This document shows positions 30,155 to 39,914 of a stretch of 64,000 nt of DNA, piece by piece. Positions within the stretch are counted from its first letter, which is position 1. Every line of letters starts with the position of its first letter. The notes beneath the pieces are model-generated. The model was not told the origin of the DNA, ran no database searches, and was given only the letters and a program-made list of their open reading frames with translations. The stretch comes from Sandaracinaceae bacterium (GTDB lineage Bacteria > Myxococcota_A > Polyangia > Polyangiales > Sandaracinaceae). The stretch lies in NCBI GenBank assembly GCA_044223665.1, contig JBGALT010000015.1, positions 10,810-74,809 on the forward strand. The letters are read 5' to 3'. A program made the translations under genes and the position numbers.

Positions 30155-30589
30155 GTGATCCCCCCTCGCGCTCCCGCTCGTCGCTCCTGGCCCGGCCGGA
30201 CCCTCGGCCTCGCCGTCGTCACGCTGCTGGCGCTCCTCGGCTGCAAGAACCGCCACCTGCGCATCGACGACACGCTCGTCTGCACCCCGGGCGAGGGCCT
30301 CACCGTCGGCTGCACCGGCGAGGTCGGCCTCGTGTGCGAGGGCGATCCCACCTTGTCGGTGTGCGACGGCGCGATCTCGATCCACGACTGCAACCCGTCG
30401 GTCGCCCTCGCCACCAACGACGACGCGTCGGACACCACGCGCTGTCCGTCGGTCTCGGTCACGTGCCCGACGAGCGGTCGGGCGACGATCATCACGCGCG
30501 CGGCATCGGGCAGCGAGTACGGCTGCTACTGGGACGTGCGTCACGGCGTGGCGCCCGCGGACGGCGGCGCCCGCGACGGCGGCCCCTGA
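30155..30589 (+). CDS. hypothetical Cys-containing lipoprotein
   Basis: Signal peptide plus lipobox LLALLGC, then 10 further Cys residues in 115 aa. Confidence 0.5.
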   Translation: MIPPRAPARRSWPGRTLGLAVVTLLALLGCKNRHLRIDDTLVCTPGEGLTVGCTGEVGLVCEGDPTLSVCDGAISIHDCNPSVALATNDDASDTTRCPSVSVTCPTSGRATIITRAASGSEYGCYWDVRHGVAPADGGARDGGP

Positions 30590-30617
30590 GCCATCACCCG
30601 AGAGAGGAAGCGAGCCC

Positions 30618-30953
30618 ATGTACTGTCAGGTCTGCGGCGCGACGGCGCCCACGCGATCGGTGTCCTTCTCCCAGAACGTCGGCGTCGTCGTGATGCGCTT
30701 CTCGCGCACGGTCTCCGGCAACCTCTGTCGGTCCTGCATCGACAGCACCTTCTGGCGCACGACGCTCATCACGATGTTCTTCGGGTGGTGGGGTGTCCTC
30801 TCGTTCTTCACGACGCTGTTCATCCTGCCTTCGAACATCGCCCAGTACCTCGGCGCCCTCTCGCTGCCGCGCTCGGCCCCGGCCGGCGGCTTGCCGGGCG
30901 GAGATCCGCGCGTCGGTCCGGGCGGCCGGCCCGCCGGGCCGCCGCCGCAGTGA
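30618..30953 (+). CDS. small zinc-ribbon membrane protein (hypothetical)
   Basis: CQVC...CRSC pairs, two TM segments ([22 protein letters not shown]) and a Pro/Gly tail. Confidence 0.5.
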   Translation: MYCQVCGATAPTRSVSFSQNVGVVVMRFSRTVSGNLCRSCIDSTFWRTTLITMFFGWWGVLSFFTTLFILPSNIAQYLGALSLPRSAPAGGLPGGDPRVGPGGRPAGPPPQ

Positions 30954-31024
30954 AGCTCACTCGTCGACCCGACGCGCGCCTCCACGCGTGAAGGTGCGCG
31001 GCGCGTCGGTGCGCGCCGATCGCG

Positions 31025-31963
31025 TCAGCCGGGACGGCCGGCCCGCGCCGCGCCGGTGACGACGGTGAGAGACACGGGCCCGCCCGCGAAGTACGTCTCG
31101 AGGGCCCGCTCACACTCGTCGAGGACGGTCTCGTTGCCGGGCTCGAGCCCCGCGACCCAGCGCCACTCGGACAGGGCGGTCGCGCGCACGAGAGGATCGG
31201 CGAAGAGCTCTCGCGCGCTCTTGAAGGCGAGCTTGTGCTCCTCCGTCGTGACCTCCACCGGCGCGAAGCCCGCCTGGATCAGCTGCTCGCGCCACGCCTC
31301 GGCGCTCGGGTGGCGGCCAGCCAGGAGCTCGGCGCGGCGCCCGACCGCCGTCAGATCTCGGCGGAGCGCGACCTCGCGGAGCATGTCGATCGCTTCCTCG
31401 AAGGTTCCTGCGAGCGGACGGGAGAGCAGCGCACGACCACCGGGGACGAGCACGCGCCGGATCTCGCCGAGCACGGCGCGCTCGCCCGGGGGCGCGCCCG
31501 CGCCGGCCCAGGAGAAGTCGCCATCGAGCGCCCCGAACACGAGGTTGCCCACGACGACGTCGAAGACCTCGTCGCCGAACGAGAGCTCGGAGGCCGTCTC
31601 GACCTTGAAGAAGATCCGCTTGCCGTGCTGCTCGATCGCGCGACGGCGGGCGAGATCGAGCAGGCCCGAGTCCCGGTCGACGGCGATCACGCGTCCCTGG
31701 CCGGTCATCCGGCGCAGCACGTCGAGCGCGGGGTGCCCGGTGCCGCAGCCGACGTCGAGCACCTGTCCGCGCGTCCCGGGCGGGATGGCATCCAGGAGCG
31801 CGCGAGAGAACAGCGCGGAGTAGCGGGGGACGACGACGGAGTCGTAGAGCGCGGCTTCCTGCGGCGTGCTGGTCTGCGCCGAGGGCCGAGAGATGCGACC
31901 GGGGTCGGGCGGCGGCGGCGCCGTCGAGCCTTCACGGATGTCGGTCACGTCGTCGTCCTTCAT
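31025..31963 (-). CDS. class I SAM-dependent methyltransferase
   Basis: Motif I VLDVGCGTGHPALDV and post-I VIAVDRD. Confidence 0.75.
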   Translation of the reverse strand: MKDDDVTDIREGSTAPPPPDPGRISRPSAQTSTPQEAALYDSVVVPRYSALFSRALLDAIPPGTRGQVLDVGCGTGHPALDVLRRMTGQGRVIAVDRDSGLLDLARRRAIEQHGKRIFFKVETASELSFGDEVFDVVVGNLVFGALDGDFSWAGAGAPPGERAVLGEIRRVLVPGGRALLSRPLAGTFEEAIDMLREVALRRDLTAVGRRAELLAGRHPSAEAWREQLIQAGFAPVEVTTEEHKLAFKSARELFADPLVRATALSEWRWVAGLEPGNETVLDECERALETYFAGGPVSLTVVTGAARAGRPG

Positions 31964-32031
31964 CGCGAGGCATCATCGTGCCACAGCGCGGGCGACGATT
32001 CCGGACACGCGTCCGCGCGCGACCTCGCCGA

Positions 32032-32742
32032 TCAGGACGGGCGCGGCTTGCGACCCTGAGGCCCGCCACCGCGGGGCCCCGATCCCGGGCGCGGGCCGCC
32101 GCGCCCCGGTGCGGGCTCGGGCACGAGCGCGGTGACCGCCTCGCGGGCGAGCTCGCCGATCGTGGCCTCGCCCTCCAGGTCGGCGACGACGACCTTGCGC
32201 TCGTCGCGCACGAGCGGCCGGATCTTGCTGGCCGCGCTGGGGTCCCCGAACGTCGCCAGCGCCTCGATGGCGCACGCCACGACGTCGGCGCGCCGATGCT
32301 CGAGGAAGCGCGCGACGAGCGGCACCGGATCGGGATCGAAGACCTCCGTCAGGATGAACGGCAGCTCCTCCATCGCGGGGCCGTCGTGCCCGCGTGCGAG
32401 CAGGTCTTCGACACCGGTCGCGACCTCCTTGAAGCGATCGTAGGCCAGCTCGAGCAAGCTCTCGCCCGCCTCGGCGCGCGCCGAGAGGTCTTCCTCGTCG
32501 AGGATGCGCAACAAGACGGCGACGGGCTCGGGCCCGGGCAGCTCCGAGGCGAGCGTCGCCAGCCGGTAGAGCCGGATCGAGCGATCGTCGCCGGGCGCGA
32601 GCGCGAAGGCCTCGTCGGCAGCGGCAGCGAGCGCCCGCGAGAGCGCGTCCGGCTCGGCGGAGGAGAAGAACGCCTCTTCGGCCTCGCGCAGGGCGCGCTC
32701 GGCGGCGAACAAGGAATCGAGGCTCGAACGCGTGTCGGTCAT
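32032..32742 (-). CDS. HEAT-repeat protein
   Basis: 236 aa, helical and acidic, with HEAT-like units (...LVARFLEHRRADVVACAIEALATFGDPSA...) and a Gly/Pro/Arg tail. Confidence 0.5.
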   Translation of the reverse strand: MTDTRSSLDSLFAAERALREAEEAFFSSAEPDALSRALAAAADEAFALAPGDDRSIRLYRLATLASELPGPEPVAVLLRILDEEDLSARAEAGESLLELAYDRFKEVATGVEDLLARGHDGPAMEELPFILTEVFDPDPVPLVARFLEHRRADVVACAIEALATFGDPSAASKIRPLVRDERKVVVADLEGEATIGELAREAVTALVPEPAPGRGGPRPGSGPRGGGPQGRKPRPS

Positions 32743-32855
32743 GGCGCGCGAGGTCTCCCAGCCCGGCGGCCCGGGTCAAGTGCTCGTTGGCCCGAGGAGC
32801 GCTCCCGATCCCCGGCGAGGATCGGGGGCGTCCCGTCCGCGCGTCGCGACGGGGC

Positions 32856-33506
32856 TCAGGCGCTCGGGTCGGTCTTCGCCGGCGCCGCCTCGGCGCGCTG
32901 CTCTTCTCGACGCTTCAGCCACGTCCGGACGCCGTGCACGATCGCCACGAGCGCGAGCCCTCCCACGATCAGGAACATCACCCAGTGCTCGGCCGTGGCC
33001 GCGCGCGTCAGCGCCTCGTCGATGCTCTCGGAGAAGTACCAGCCGAGGAGCATGAAGAGCGGCATCGACACGGCGAGAGCCAGCATGTCGGCGATGATGA
33101 AGCGCGGGTACGAGATCCCGTGGATCGCCGAGATCGCGAAGATGGCGCCGCGCAGACCGGCCACGTGGCGCGCGAGGAACACCACGACGCTGCCGTGCTT
33201 GTGGATCTTGTCCTCGAACCAGGCGCGCCGCTCCGGCGGCATCACGCGCTTGATGAACTTGCGCTCGTAGATCGCCGGCCCGATGCGGCGCGCCAGCCAG
33301 TAGAGCACCGTGTCGCCGACGAAGACGCCCACGGCCAGGACGGCGCACGTCAGTCGCAGATCGGTGATCCCTCGCTGCGCCAGGATCGCGCCCGAGATGA
33401 AGACGATGTCCTCGGGAAGTGGGATCCCCATGCCGGCCGCGACCAGCGCCGCGAACATGAGGCCGTAGCTCCCCTGCTCGACGAAGAAGTTGACGGCCTG
33501 ATCCAC
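32856..33506 (-). CDS. DedA family membrane protein
   Basis: GIPLPEDIVFISGAILA...VFVGDTVLYWLAR...HGSVVVFLARHVAGLRG fits the DedA/SNARE-associated pattern. Confidence 0.85.
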   Translation of the reverse strand: MDQAVNFFVEQGSYGLMFAALVAAGMGIPLPEDIVFISGAILAQRGITDLRLTCAVLAVGVFVGDTVLYWLARRIGPAIYERKFIKRVMPPERRAWFEDKIHKHGSVVVFLARHVAGLRGAIFAISAIHGISYPRFIIADMLALAVSMPLFMLLGWYFSESIDEALTRAATAEHWVMFLIVGGLALVAIVHGVRTWLKRREEQRAEAAPAKTDPSA

Positions 33507-33513
33507 GAGGCCC

Positions 33514-33954
33514 TCACCCCGCGTAGGGGAACACGCGCAGGTCGTCGCCGAAGGACTGGAGCATGCTCCGATCCGTACGCGACTCGAAGGCCGAGAGCAC
33601 GCCGGTCCCTGCCTGAACGACGTGGCCGGTGACGTGCATCAACGTCCCGCTCCGCGAGGCCTTGGCCGGGGTCAGCGAGAGATAGAGGTGCCCGCTCTCG
33701 GTCTGGAACGAGAGCTCCTTGGTGCGCCCCGCGATCAGCGCGGCCACGTCCCGGCCCAGCTCGTTGGCCTCCCGCCGCGTCACGCGCGAGCGCGCGCGCA
33801 CGACGAAGCCTTCACTCACCAGCAAGAGCTGGGAGAGGAACACGGGATCACCCTCTCCGGGCTCCAGGTCTTCCGCCACGATGGCGAGCACGAACGCCTC
33901 GCACGGCAACTGCGCCGCTCCGATCACGGGCGGAGGATGACACGAATCGGTCAT
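33514..33954 (-). CDS. hypothetical protein
   Basis: 146 aa with coding-like GC3, 7 nt upstream of dedA. No family recognised. Confidence 0.4.
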   Translation of the reverse strand: MTDSCHPPPVIGAAQLPCEAFVLAIVAEDLEPGEGDPVFLSQLLLVSEGFVVRARSRVTRREANELGRDVAALIAGRTKELSFQTESGHLYLSLTPAKASRSGTLMHVTGHVVQAGTGVLSAFESRTDRSMLQSFGDDLRVFPYAG

Positions 33955-34038
33955 TTGGCATCGCGATGGATGTCGTGGGGGACGCCCGAGGGAGACGGGG
34001 GATGTCCTCCGTTCAGCCTCCGCAGAAACCGGAACCGG

Positions 34039-34560
34039 CTATCGACGGGTGCCGCGAGACTTCGCCCAGGCGAGAACGAGCACCATCGCCGTGAGGGCGA
34101 GGCCGCGCGATGCGGACGGCGCGCGGCCCCCCACCACGCACGACGAGCACCCCGCACGAGAGGAGCGCCCGGCGTCGTCGTCCGTGTCGGATCCGTCGGC
34201 AGGGCACGGTCCCGGTGGCGCGTCGTCGGGCACGCACATGTCGGCCTCGACGCATCGACCGAGCGGGCAGCCGCAGCCGGGCGCGGCCAGCGAGACGGTC
34301 GGAAAGCCCGGGCGCGCGCGATCGGGGACCGGCGTCTCGTGCTCGGGCCACCAGGCGTGGCCGAGCGCACAGTGCGACCCGGCGGCGCACGCAGGCGGAT
34401 CGTGCGTGGAAGCGCCGCAGAGGATGGGGGTGCACGACGCGCCGGCGTGACCGCTCACCGGCCGCGTGCCCGCCGGACACTCCTCGGGGAGCGGCGGGAT
34501 CGCGTCGGCACGGGCACGCGCCGCAGCGCTCAGCACGAGAACGAGCACGATCCAGCGCAC
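34039..34560 (-). CDS. secreted Cys-rich protein with a MYXO-CTERM-like sorting tail
   Basis: Signal peptide MRWIVLVLVLSAAARARA. The C-terminus is GCSSCVVGG...GLALTAMVLVLAWAKSRGTRR (Cys motif, hydrophobic helix, basic end). Confidence 0.6.
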   Translation of the reverse strand: MRWIVLVLVLSAAARARADAIPPLPEECPAGTRPVSGHAGASCTPILCGASTHDPPACAAGSHCALGHAWWPEHETPVPDRARPGFPTVSLAAPGCGCPLGRCVEADMCVPDDAPPGPCPADGSDTDDDAGRSSRAGCSSCVVGGRAPSASRGLALTAMVLVLAWAKSRGTRR

Positions 34561-34605
34561 CGCGCCGGTGTACCCCGGCCGCGCCCCGATGCGCCATCGC
34601 GCTCG

Positions 34606-35172
34606 TCACCCGCGCGGGTGCAGGCCGCAGACGGCCATCGGCCCGCTCGGGGGCGCGAGCACCTGGCACGTGTCGACGCGGTCGCGCGAGGCCACGTAGA
34701 GCCCCTCTCGGAACGCGAGCCCGCAGTGGCCGTGGTTGGGCCCCGGACCGCTGGTGGCGAAGGGAATCTGCTCGCCGTTCTGGATCCGGAGCAGCTCGCT
34801 CGGGCGGAACACGACCCGGTGGGAGCCGGCCCCGTTGAAGGCGAGCGGGGTGTCGTCGGCGTACATGCCGGCCGAGACGATGCACTCGTGATCGTGGCCG
34901 CTGCACGACGTGTCGTTGAGCACCACGGTGAACGTCGTCAGCACGTAGAGCGCCGTGCTCGCGTCGTCGGTCGGGCTTCCCGCGTCGGGCTCGGCCACCA
35001 GCACCGCCGCGTCGTGGGCCGGCCCGACGTCGGGCGCGGGCATCGCGGCGTCCGTCGCGCCCGTCGCCGCGTCGTCCGAGACCGAGAGGCGCGTCGTGCT
35101 CTCGGCGCAGCCGGCCAGGGTCCCGCCGATCCAGGCGAGCCCGGAGATCTCCAGGAAGGTTCGTCGTCGCAT
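34606..35172 (-). CDS. Tat-signal lipoprotein with His/Cys-rich motifs (hypothetical)
   Basis: MRRRTFLEISGLAWIGGTLAGC combines a twin-arginine motif with a lipobox. Also CSGHDHEC and PNHGHCG. Confidence 0.55.
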   Translation of the reverse strand: MRRRTFLEISGLAWIGGTLAGCAESTTRLSVSDDAATGATDAAMPAPDVGPAHDAAVLVAEPDAGSPTDDASTALYVLTTFTVVLNDTSCSGHDHECIVSAGMYADDTPLAFNGAGSHRVVFRPSELLRIQNGEQIPFATSGPGPNHGHCGLAFREGLYVASRDRVDTCQVLAPPSGPMAVCGLHPRG

Positions 35173-35238
35173 CGCGTCCTCGCCCGGCCGGGTATGCCGA
35201 GGCCGGGGAGCGAGGACGAGTTAATCGGCATTAAGGGC

Positions 35239-36492
35239 CTACATCGAGAGCCGCGTCCGCAGACCGCGGACCATCATCAGCTCGGCCGACGAGCTCAGGC
35301 CCGGCCGGAACGCCGGATCGGCGTCCTGCACCACGCGCACGAGCCAGAGGCCGTCGCCCAGATCGAAGCGGCCCCACGCCGTGAGCAGCGTGCCGTAGTC
35401 GCGGGTCCGCGTCCGGAAGCGCCAGCGCGCACCGTCGAGCGCGCCCGACTCCGCGTCGAGCGCGAGGACGCCATCCGACTGCTCGCGCATGTGCATCACG
35501 CCGGTCGTGCCGACGAGCGGAAGGTCGATGCCCCACTCGAAGCGCGTTCCGTCGTCGGACGGGAGCATCGTGGCGTGCGCGCCCTGGAGCAGGCCCTGCG
35601 TGAAGCCGTAGGGATCGAGGATCGCCGCGCGGGTGCGCGCCTCGTCGGTGTGGATCCGGCCCAAGCCCACCACGCGTCCCTGATCGCTTCCGTCGCTGGT
35701 CTCGACCCACATCAGATCGCCGCGCAGGAGCAGGTTCTCGTACGTCGTCGGATCGAAGCTCGGCTCGGCGGGCTCGCCCTCCGGGACCACGATGTGCTCG
35801 CGGTGATAGCTCGCGCGGCGCTCGGCCTCGGTGCGCGTGCGGAGCATCATCGAGAACGCCAGCGCGACGTGGATCGAGCGGTTCATCGTCGAGCTGGCTG
35901 CGGCGAGCTGCCGCGCGATGTAGTTCGCGTCGCGCAGGTCCATGCGCGAGCTCGTCATCACGAGCGAGCGGCTCGCGCCCTGCGGGATCACGCGCCAGAC
36001 GGTGCGCCCCGTGCCGAGGTCACCGCCCTCGGAGCGCACCACGAAGCGGTAGCCGCGCCCGGGCTGATCGTCGGGCGGCGCGTAGCGCACCATCGTGTTC
36101 TGGCCGTGCAGCGTGAAGATCGACGTGTGCCAGGACCAGTCGTAGCTCTGGGAGTCGCCCTCCGCGCTCGTCACCGACACCGAGTCGAGCGCCGGCATGA
36201 ACTCCGGGTAGTGCGCGGGCTCGCCGATCACGGAGGCCACGACGTCGGCCGGCGCCTCGATCTCGCACGCGATCACGATGGCCGGGATCTGCTCGCCGTA
36301 GGCGAACTCCACGAGCGAGACCACGCCCGTCTCGAGCAGCGGCTGGAGCAGCACGATCTCGGCGGGCGTGAACGTCGCGAGCGCGCGATCGGCCTCCCGC
36401 GTCGGCTCGTCTTGGGCGGCAGCGCCGGCGGCGAGAGAGAGAGACGAAGCGAAGAAGGCGCCCGCGAGCGCCGCACGAGAAAAGGAGCGCAT
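35239..36492 (-). CDS. hypothetical secreted protein
   Basis: Signal peptide FFASSLSLAAGAAAQ, 417 aa, no secure family (possibly two START-like halves). Confidence 0.5.
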   Translation of the reverse strand: MRSFSRAALAGAFFASSLSLAAGAAAQDEPTREADRALATFTPAEIVLLQPLLETGVVSLVEFAYGEQIPAIVIACEIEAPADVVASVIGEPAHYPEFMPALDSVSVTSAEGDSQSYDWSWHTSIFTLHGQNTMVRYAPPDDQPGRGYRFVVRSEGGDLGTGRTVWRVIPQGASRSLVMTSSRMDLRDANYIARQLAAASSTMNRSIHVALAFSMMLRTRTEAERRASYHREHIVVPEGEPAEPSFDPTTYENLLLRGDLMWVETSDGSDQGRVVGLGRIHTDEARTRAAILDPYGFTQGLLQGAHATMLPSDDGTRFEWGIDLPLVGTTGVMHMREQSDGVLALDAESGALDGARWRFRTRTRDYGTLLTAWGRFDLGDGLWLVRVVQDADPAFRPGLSSSAELMMVRGLRTRLSM

Positions 36493-36599
36493 CGCCCGAC
36501 TTCGACGCGCGGGGCGCCCGGTTCTTCACGGGTGGCCCAAAGAAGCGAACGCCCACCTCTTTCGAGGCGGGCGTTCGTCGGTGCTTCACGCCGGCCGGC

Positions 36600-38141
36600 T
36601 CAGCACTCGCCGCCAGCGCGCGCCGCGAGCTCGTGCGCGAGGTCCGACGTGAAGGCGTCGAAGCTCGACTCGCAGATCGACTGGAGCACCACGCGGCTCC
36701 CCAGCGCCTCGGCGGCCCGGAGCGACTGCACGATGCGCCGGGCGGGCATCGCCATGCCGTTCGCGCTGGTGCACACCGAGAGCAAGCGCGTCGGCTGGGC
36801 GGGGTCGACCATCTCCACCATGGCCGGGTCGGCGAGCACCGCGGTGAGGTTCGAGGCGTCGCTCCCGGCCGGGACGCCCGCGATCGCGCCGATCACCACG
36901 TCCTCGGGGCGCGGGCGCAGCCCGACCAGGCCGTCGACCACGTCGCCGATCGAGACGAGGATCTCGGGGTGGTTGTGGCAGCGGAGGTTCAGATCCTCGC
37001 CGGCGAATCGCGGATCCTCGAGCCCGAAGAGGCCGGAGTCGGTCGTCGAGCAGTCGTCCTCGTCGGTCACGTAGAGAACGGCGAGGATCGAGCCGTCGCG
37101 CAGGAAGCCGGCGTTGCCCATGTCGCCCTGGCCCACGCGGCCCTCGGGGAACGTCGGCACCGTCCAGCCGGGTGCGGTGTACGAGGTGGGCGCGTTCGGA
37201 GAGAGGGCGAGCAGCGCCGACTCGAGCTGCTGCTCGAAGCCGCATCCCGTCGTGCCGAGCGCGGTCTCGCAGGTGATCTGCGCGACGAAGCCGCTGGTGC
37301 CCGCCGGATCGGCGGCCGAGAACGACGCGTAGGGCGGCGCGTAGGTCGGCGTCATGCACAGCAGCGTGTCGGCGGCCGGGCCGGGCGTGTCGCGCAAGAG
37401 GCCTTCGTCGCCGAACCCCTCGCACGTGGGGACGCCGGGGACGGCGGCCGCGCCGAGGTCCGTGGTGGTGATCCCGACGCGGATGTCGTCGAACGCCGCG
37501 ACGTCCTGGGTGCCGTCGCCGTTCAGATCGCCGCTCGCCAAGCGCTGGAAGAGCGGGCCGAACTGCGACTGCAAGAGGGCCTGCTCCTCGGCCATCGAGT
37601 TGGAGTTGTCCACGACGACGAGCAGGTCGAGGCGGCCGACGGCCTCGCATCCGCAGGCATCGCCCTCGCACGCGGTCCCGACGAAGGTCGACGCCAGCGT
37701 CTCCATGCGGACGACGGCCACGTCGTCGAAGACCTCGGTCGGGTGCGGCGCGTAGGCGCCGTTCGCGCCGGCCACGTACGCCGTGGCGCGGGCCGGGTCG
37801 CCGTCGAACGGGACACGGAGCTCCAACGCGTCCGCGAGCACCAAGCCCGCCGGCTCGAAGCGCAGGAGCGGCGAGTACGTGGTGAACGGCACCGAGCCGG
37901 CGTCCTCGACGTGCACGGTGATCATGGTCTCCGTCGTGATCGCGCCCGCCGGCACGATGACGTGGAGGTCGGCGATCGAGAGATCGGCGCCGGCCGGGCC
38001 GACGAGTGCCGACGTGGACGCGCCGACCATCGGCCGCGCCGACGGCAGCACGTGCGTCTCGACGCAGGCCGTGGTGGGCATGGCGAGCGCGAGCAAGAGC
38101 CCGACGGTACCGAACATGTTGCGAGTGACCTTCTTGAGCAT
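36600..38141 (-). CDS. vWA-like domain lipoprotein
   Basis: ATG 38141 (MLKKVTRNMFGTVGLLLALAMPTTAC, lipobox) and MIDAS-type LLVVVDNSNSM. Confidence 0.65.
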   Translation of the reverse strand: MLKKVTRNMFGTVGLLLALAMPTTACVETHVLPSARPMVGASTSALVGPAGADLSIADLHVIVPAGAITTETMITVHVEDAGSVPFTTYSPLLRFEPAGLVLADALELRVPFDGDPARATAYVAGANGAYAPHPTEVFDDVAVVRMETLASTFVGTACEGDACGCEAVGRLDLLVVVDNSNSMAEEQALLQSQFGPLFQRLASGDLNGDGTQDVAAFDDIRVGITTTDLGAAAVPGVPTCEGFGDEGLLRDTPGPAADTLLCMTPTYAPPYASFSAADPAGTSGFVAQITCETALGTTGCGFEQQLESALLALSPNAPTSYTAPGWTVPTFPEGRVGQGDMGNAGFLRDGSILAVLYVTDEDDCSTTDSGLFGLEDPRFAGEDLNLRCHNHPEILVSIGDVVDGLVGLRPRPEDVVIGAIAGVPAGSDASNLTAVLADPAMVEMVDPAQPTRLLSVCTSANGMAMPARRIVQSLRAAEALGSRVVLQSICESSFDAFTSDLAHELAARAGGEC

Positions 38142-38206
38142 CCGAGCCTCCTCACCTTCTCGTCGTCGGGCGCGCGCGGCTTTTCCAACGCCTGCTCGAA
38201 AAAAGA

Positions 38207-39259
38207 TCACGGCGCTCCGCAGCGCGTCGCATCCAGCGCGCACAGGCGCTGGCGAGCCTGCCCCGCGAACGAGCCGTCGGGCAGCTCTTCGAGGTAGCGC
38301 CCGAGCTCGGCCGCCTCGTCCGCGCCGGCGAAGCTGCGCGCGTGGAGGTAGAGCGCGGTCAGCCCGTGCTCTCCGTGCGGATCGAGCGCCATGAGCGCCT
38401 CGAGCGCGCGGCGGCGGCCCTCGGGATCGTGGGTGCCGTAGCCCTCCTCGAGATCCTCGAGCGCTGCGATGCGCTCGCTCGGGCTGCCCTGGGCGGCGAC
38501 CTCCTCGAGAAGCGAGCGATCACCGCTCTCGGCGGCGGCGCGCGCGGCGGCCAGCGTCGGCGCGCTCGGTCGACGCTCCGGCCGTGACGTGGCCTCGGGG
38601 GTGCGCTCCGGCAGAGCGGCCTCGGCGCGCGCCACGGGGACCTCGACCGACTCCCCGACGCGCACGTCCTGCGCCGCGCCCGAGCGGAGATCGGTGACGC
38701 GGACCACGCCCTCGGTGACCTCCACGCGCGTGCTCGCCTCGCCGCGGATCACGACGAGCTCGGTGCCGACGATCTCCACGCGCGCGACGTCGGTGAGGAT
38801 CGCGAAGTGCTCTTCGCCGCGATGCACCGGATGGAACGCGATGTGGACCTCGCCCCGGGCGAGCGTGATCGCCGCATGCTCGATCGCGTCGTCGTCGACG
38901 TGGACGAGCGAGCCCGCCCCCACCGTGAGCCGTGCATGCCCGAGCATCGCCGCGTCGGTCGAGAGCTCGCTGCCGGCACGGAGCGAGGCCAGGGCCGTCG
39001 TGGCCGGGGCCGGCGCGCTCTCGTGGGTCGCGACGGGCACCTCGTCCGCGCCGCGCGTCATCCACAGCGCGAGCGCGGCGGCGGCCGCGAGCCCGACGCC
39101 GAGCCCGACGAGCGGAAGCGGCGAGCGCGCCGGCGAGGCGCGCCGCGCCTTCACTTCGGCCAGCAGGCTCCGCTCGATCCGCGCGAGATCCTCGGCGGGC
39201 GCCGCCTCGCCTTGCATCATCGCCGCCAGCGCCTCCGCACTCCGGGGCTTCTCCGTCAT
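38207..39259 (-). CDS. FecR-domain anti-sigma factor (single-pass membrane protein)
   Basis: ATGA overlap with the ECF sigma gene. TM segment LPLVGLGVGLAAAAALALW and a FecR-like beta-rich periplasmic part (...ARGEVHIAFHPVHRGEEHFAILT..VEIVGTELVV...). Confidence 0.7.
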   Translation of the reverse strand: MTEKPRSAEALAAMMQGEAAPAEDLARIERSLLAEVKARRASPARSPLPLVGLGVGLAAAAALALWMTRGADEVPVATHESAPAPATTALASLRAGSELSTDAAMLGHARLTVGAGSLVHVDDDAIEHAAITLARGEVHIAFHPVHRGEEHFAILTDVARVEIVGTELVVIRGEASTRVEVTEGVVRVTDLRSGAAQDVRVGESVEVPVARAEAALPERTPEATSRPERRPSAPTLAAARAAAESGDRSLLEEVAAQGSPSERIAALEDLEEGYGTHDPEGRRRALEALMALDPHGEHGLTALYLHARSFAGADEAAELGRYLEELPDGSFAGQARQRLCALDATRCGAP

Positions 39260-39852
39260 GGCGACATCTCCTCTTCCGCGCTCGCGAGGAACGCATCGAG
39301 CCGCTTGCGCGCCGCCGTGAGGCGCGCGTGCAAGGTGGACACCCCGGTCGCCGTCATGTCGGCGACCTCCTGAAGCGTGTAGCCCTCGACCGCCGAGAGC
39401 ACGAAGACCGCGCGCTGATCGGGCGTGAGCTCGGCCAGAGCGCGATCGACGAGCGAGCGCTGCTCGAGCGCTCCGTCGGGGCTCGGTGCCGGCGCACCGC
39501 CCGGGAGCCCGAAGAGCGCCGTCACCGTTCCCCAGCGCGCTCGACGCGCGCGGCTCCGTGCCAGGTCGAGGGCGCGCCGCGTCGCGATGCCGACGATCCA
39601 GCTCGCGAGGCTCGAGCGCGCATCGAAGCCCTCGGCGCCGTCGAACGCGGCGAGGAAGGTCTGCTGCACGACGTCGTCCACGTCGCCGTCCGCCGGGCCG
39701 AGGATGCGCATGGCGGTCCGGTGCACGCGGGCGCCGTGGGCGCGGAACACCTGCTGGGCCGCCGACGCGTCGCCCGCGCCGGCGCGGCGCAGCAGCTGCG
39801 CCTCGTCCAGGCGCGAGGTGTCGGGGATCCCGATCGCGGAGACCGCAGGCAT
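39256..39852 (-). CDS. ECF (sigma-70 family) RNA polymerase sigma factor
   Basis: ATG 39852. Region 2 (DVDDVVQQTFLAAFDGAEGFD..SSLASWIVGIATRRALD) and region 4 (LTPDQRAVFVLSAVEGYTLQEVADMTATGVSTLHARL). Confidence 0.9.
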   Translation of the reverse strand: MPAVSAIGIPDTSRLDEAQLLRRAGAGDASAAQQVFRAHGARVHRTAMRILGPADGDVDDVVQQTFLAAFDGAEGFDARSSLASWIVGIATRRALDLARSRARRARWGTVTALFGLPGGAPAPSPDGALEQRSLVDRALAELTPDQRAVFVLSAVEGYTLQEVADMTATGVSTLHARLTAARKRLDAFLASAEEEMSP

Positions 39853-39914
39853 CGCCCGATCGTCGTCCTGGGGGGCGCCGATTTCCAACCGGCCGCCGGG
39901 AATTCGTCGCGGGG

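Noticed and set aside
33622-37074. 1150-aa plus-strand ORF, and similar giants at 41472..44498 (-), 56998..60006 (+), 27336..29798 (-), 48932..50992 (+) and the upstream part of 51198..53342 (-)
   Set aside because: All run antisense to, or out of frame with, several well-supported genes at once. They have Arg/Ala/Gly/Pro-dominated composition and no recognisable domains, so I treat them as GC-driven spurious ORFs.
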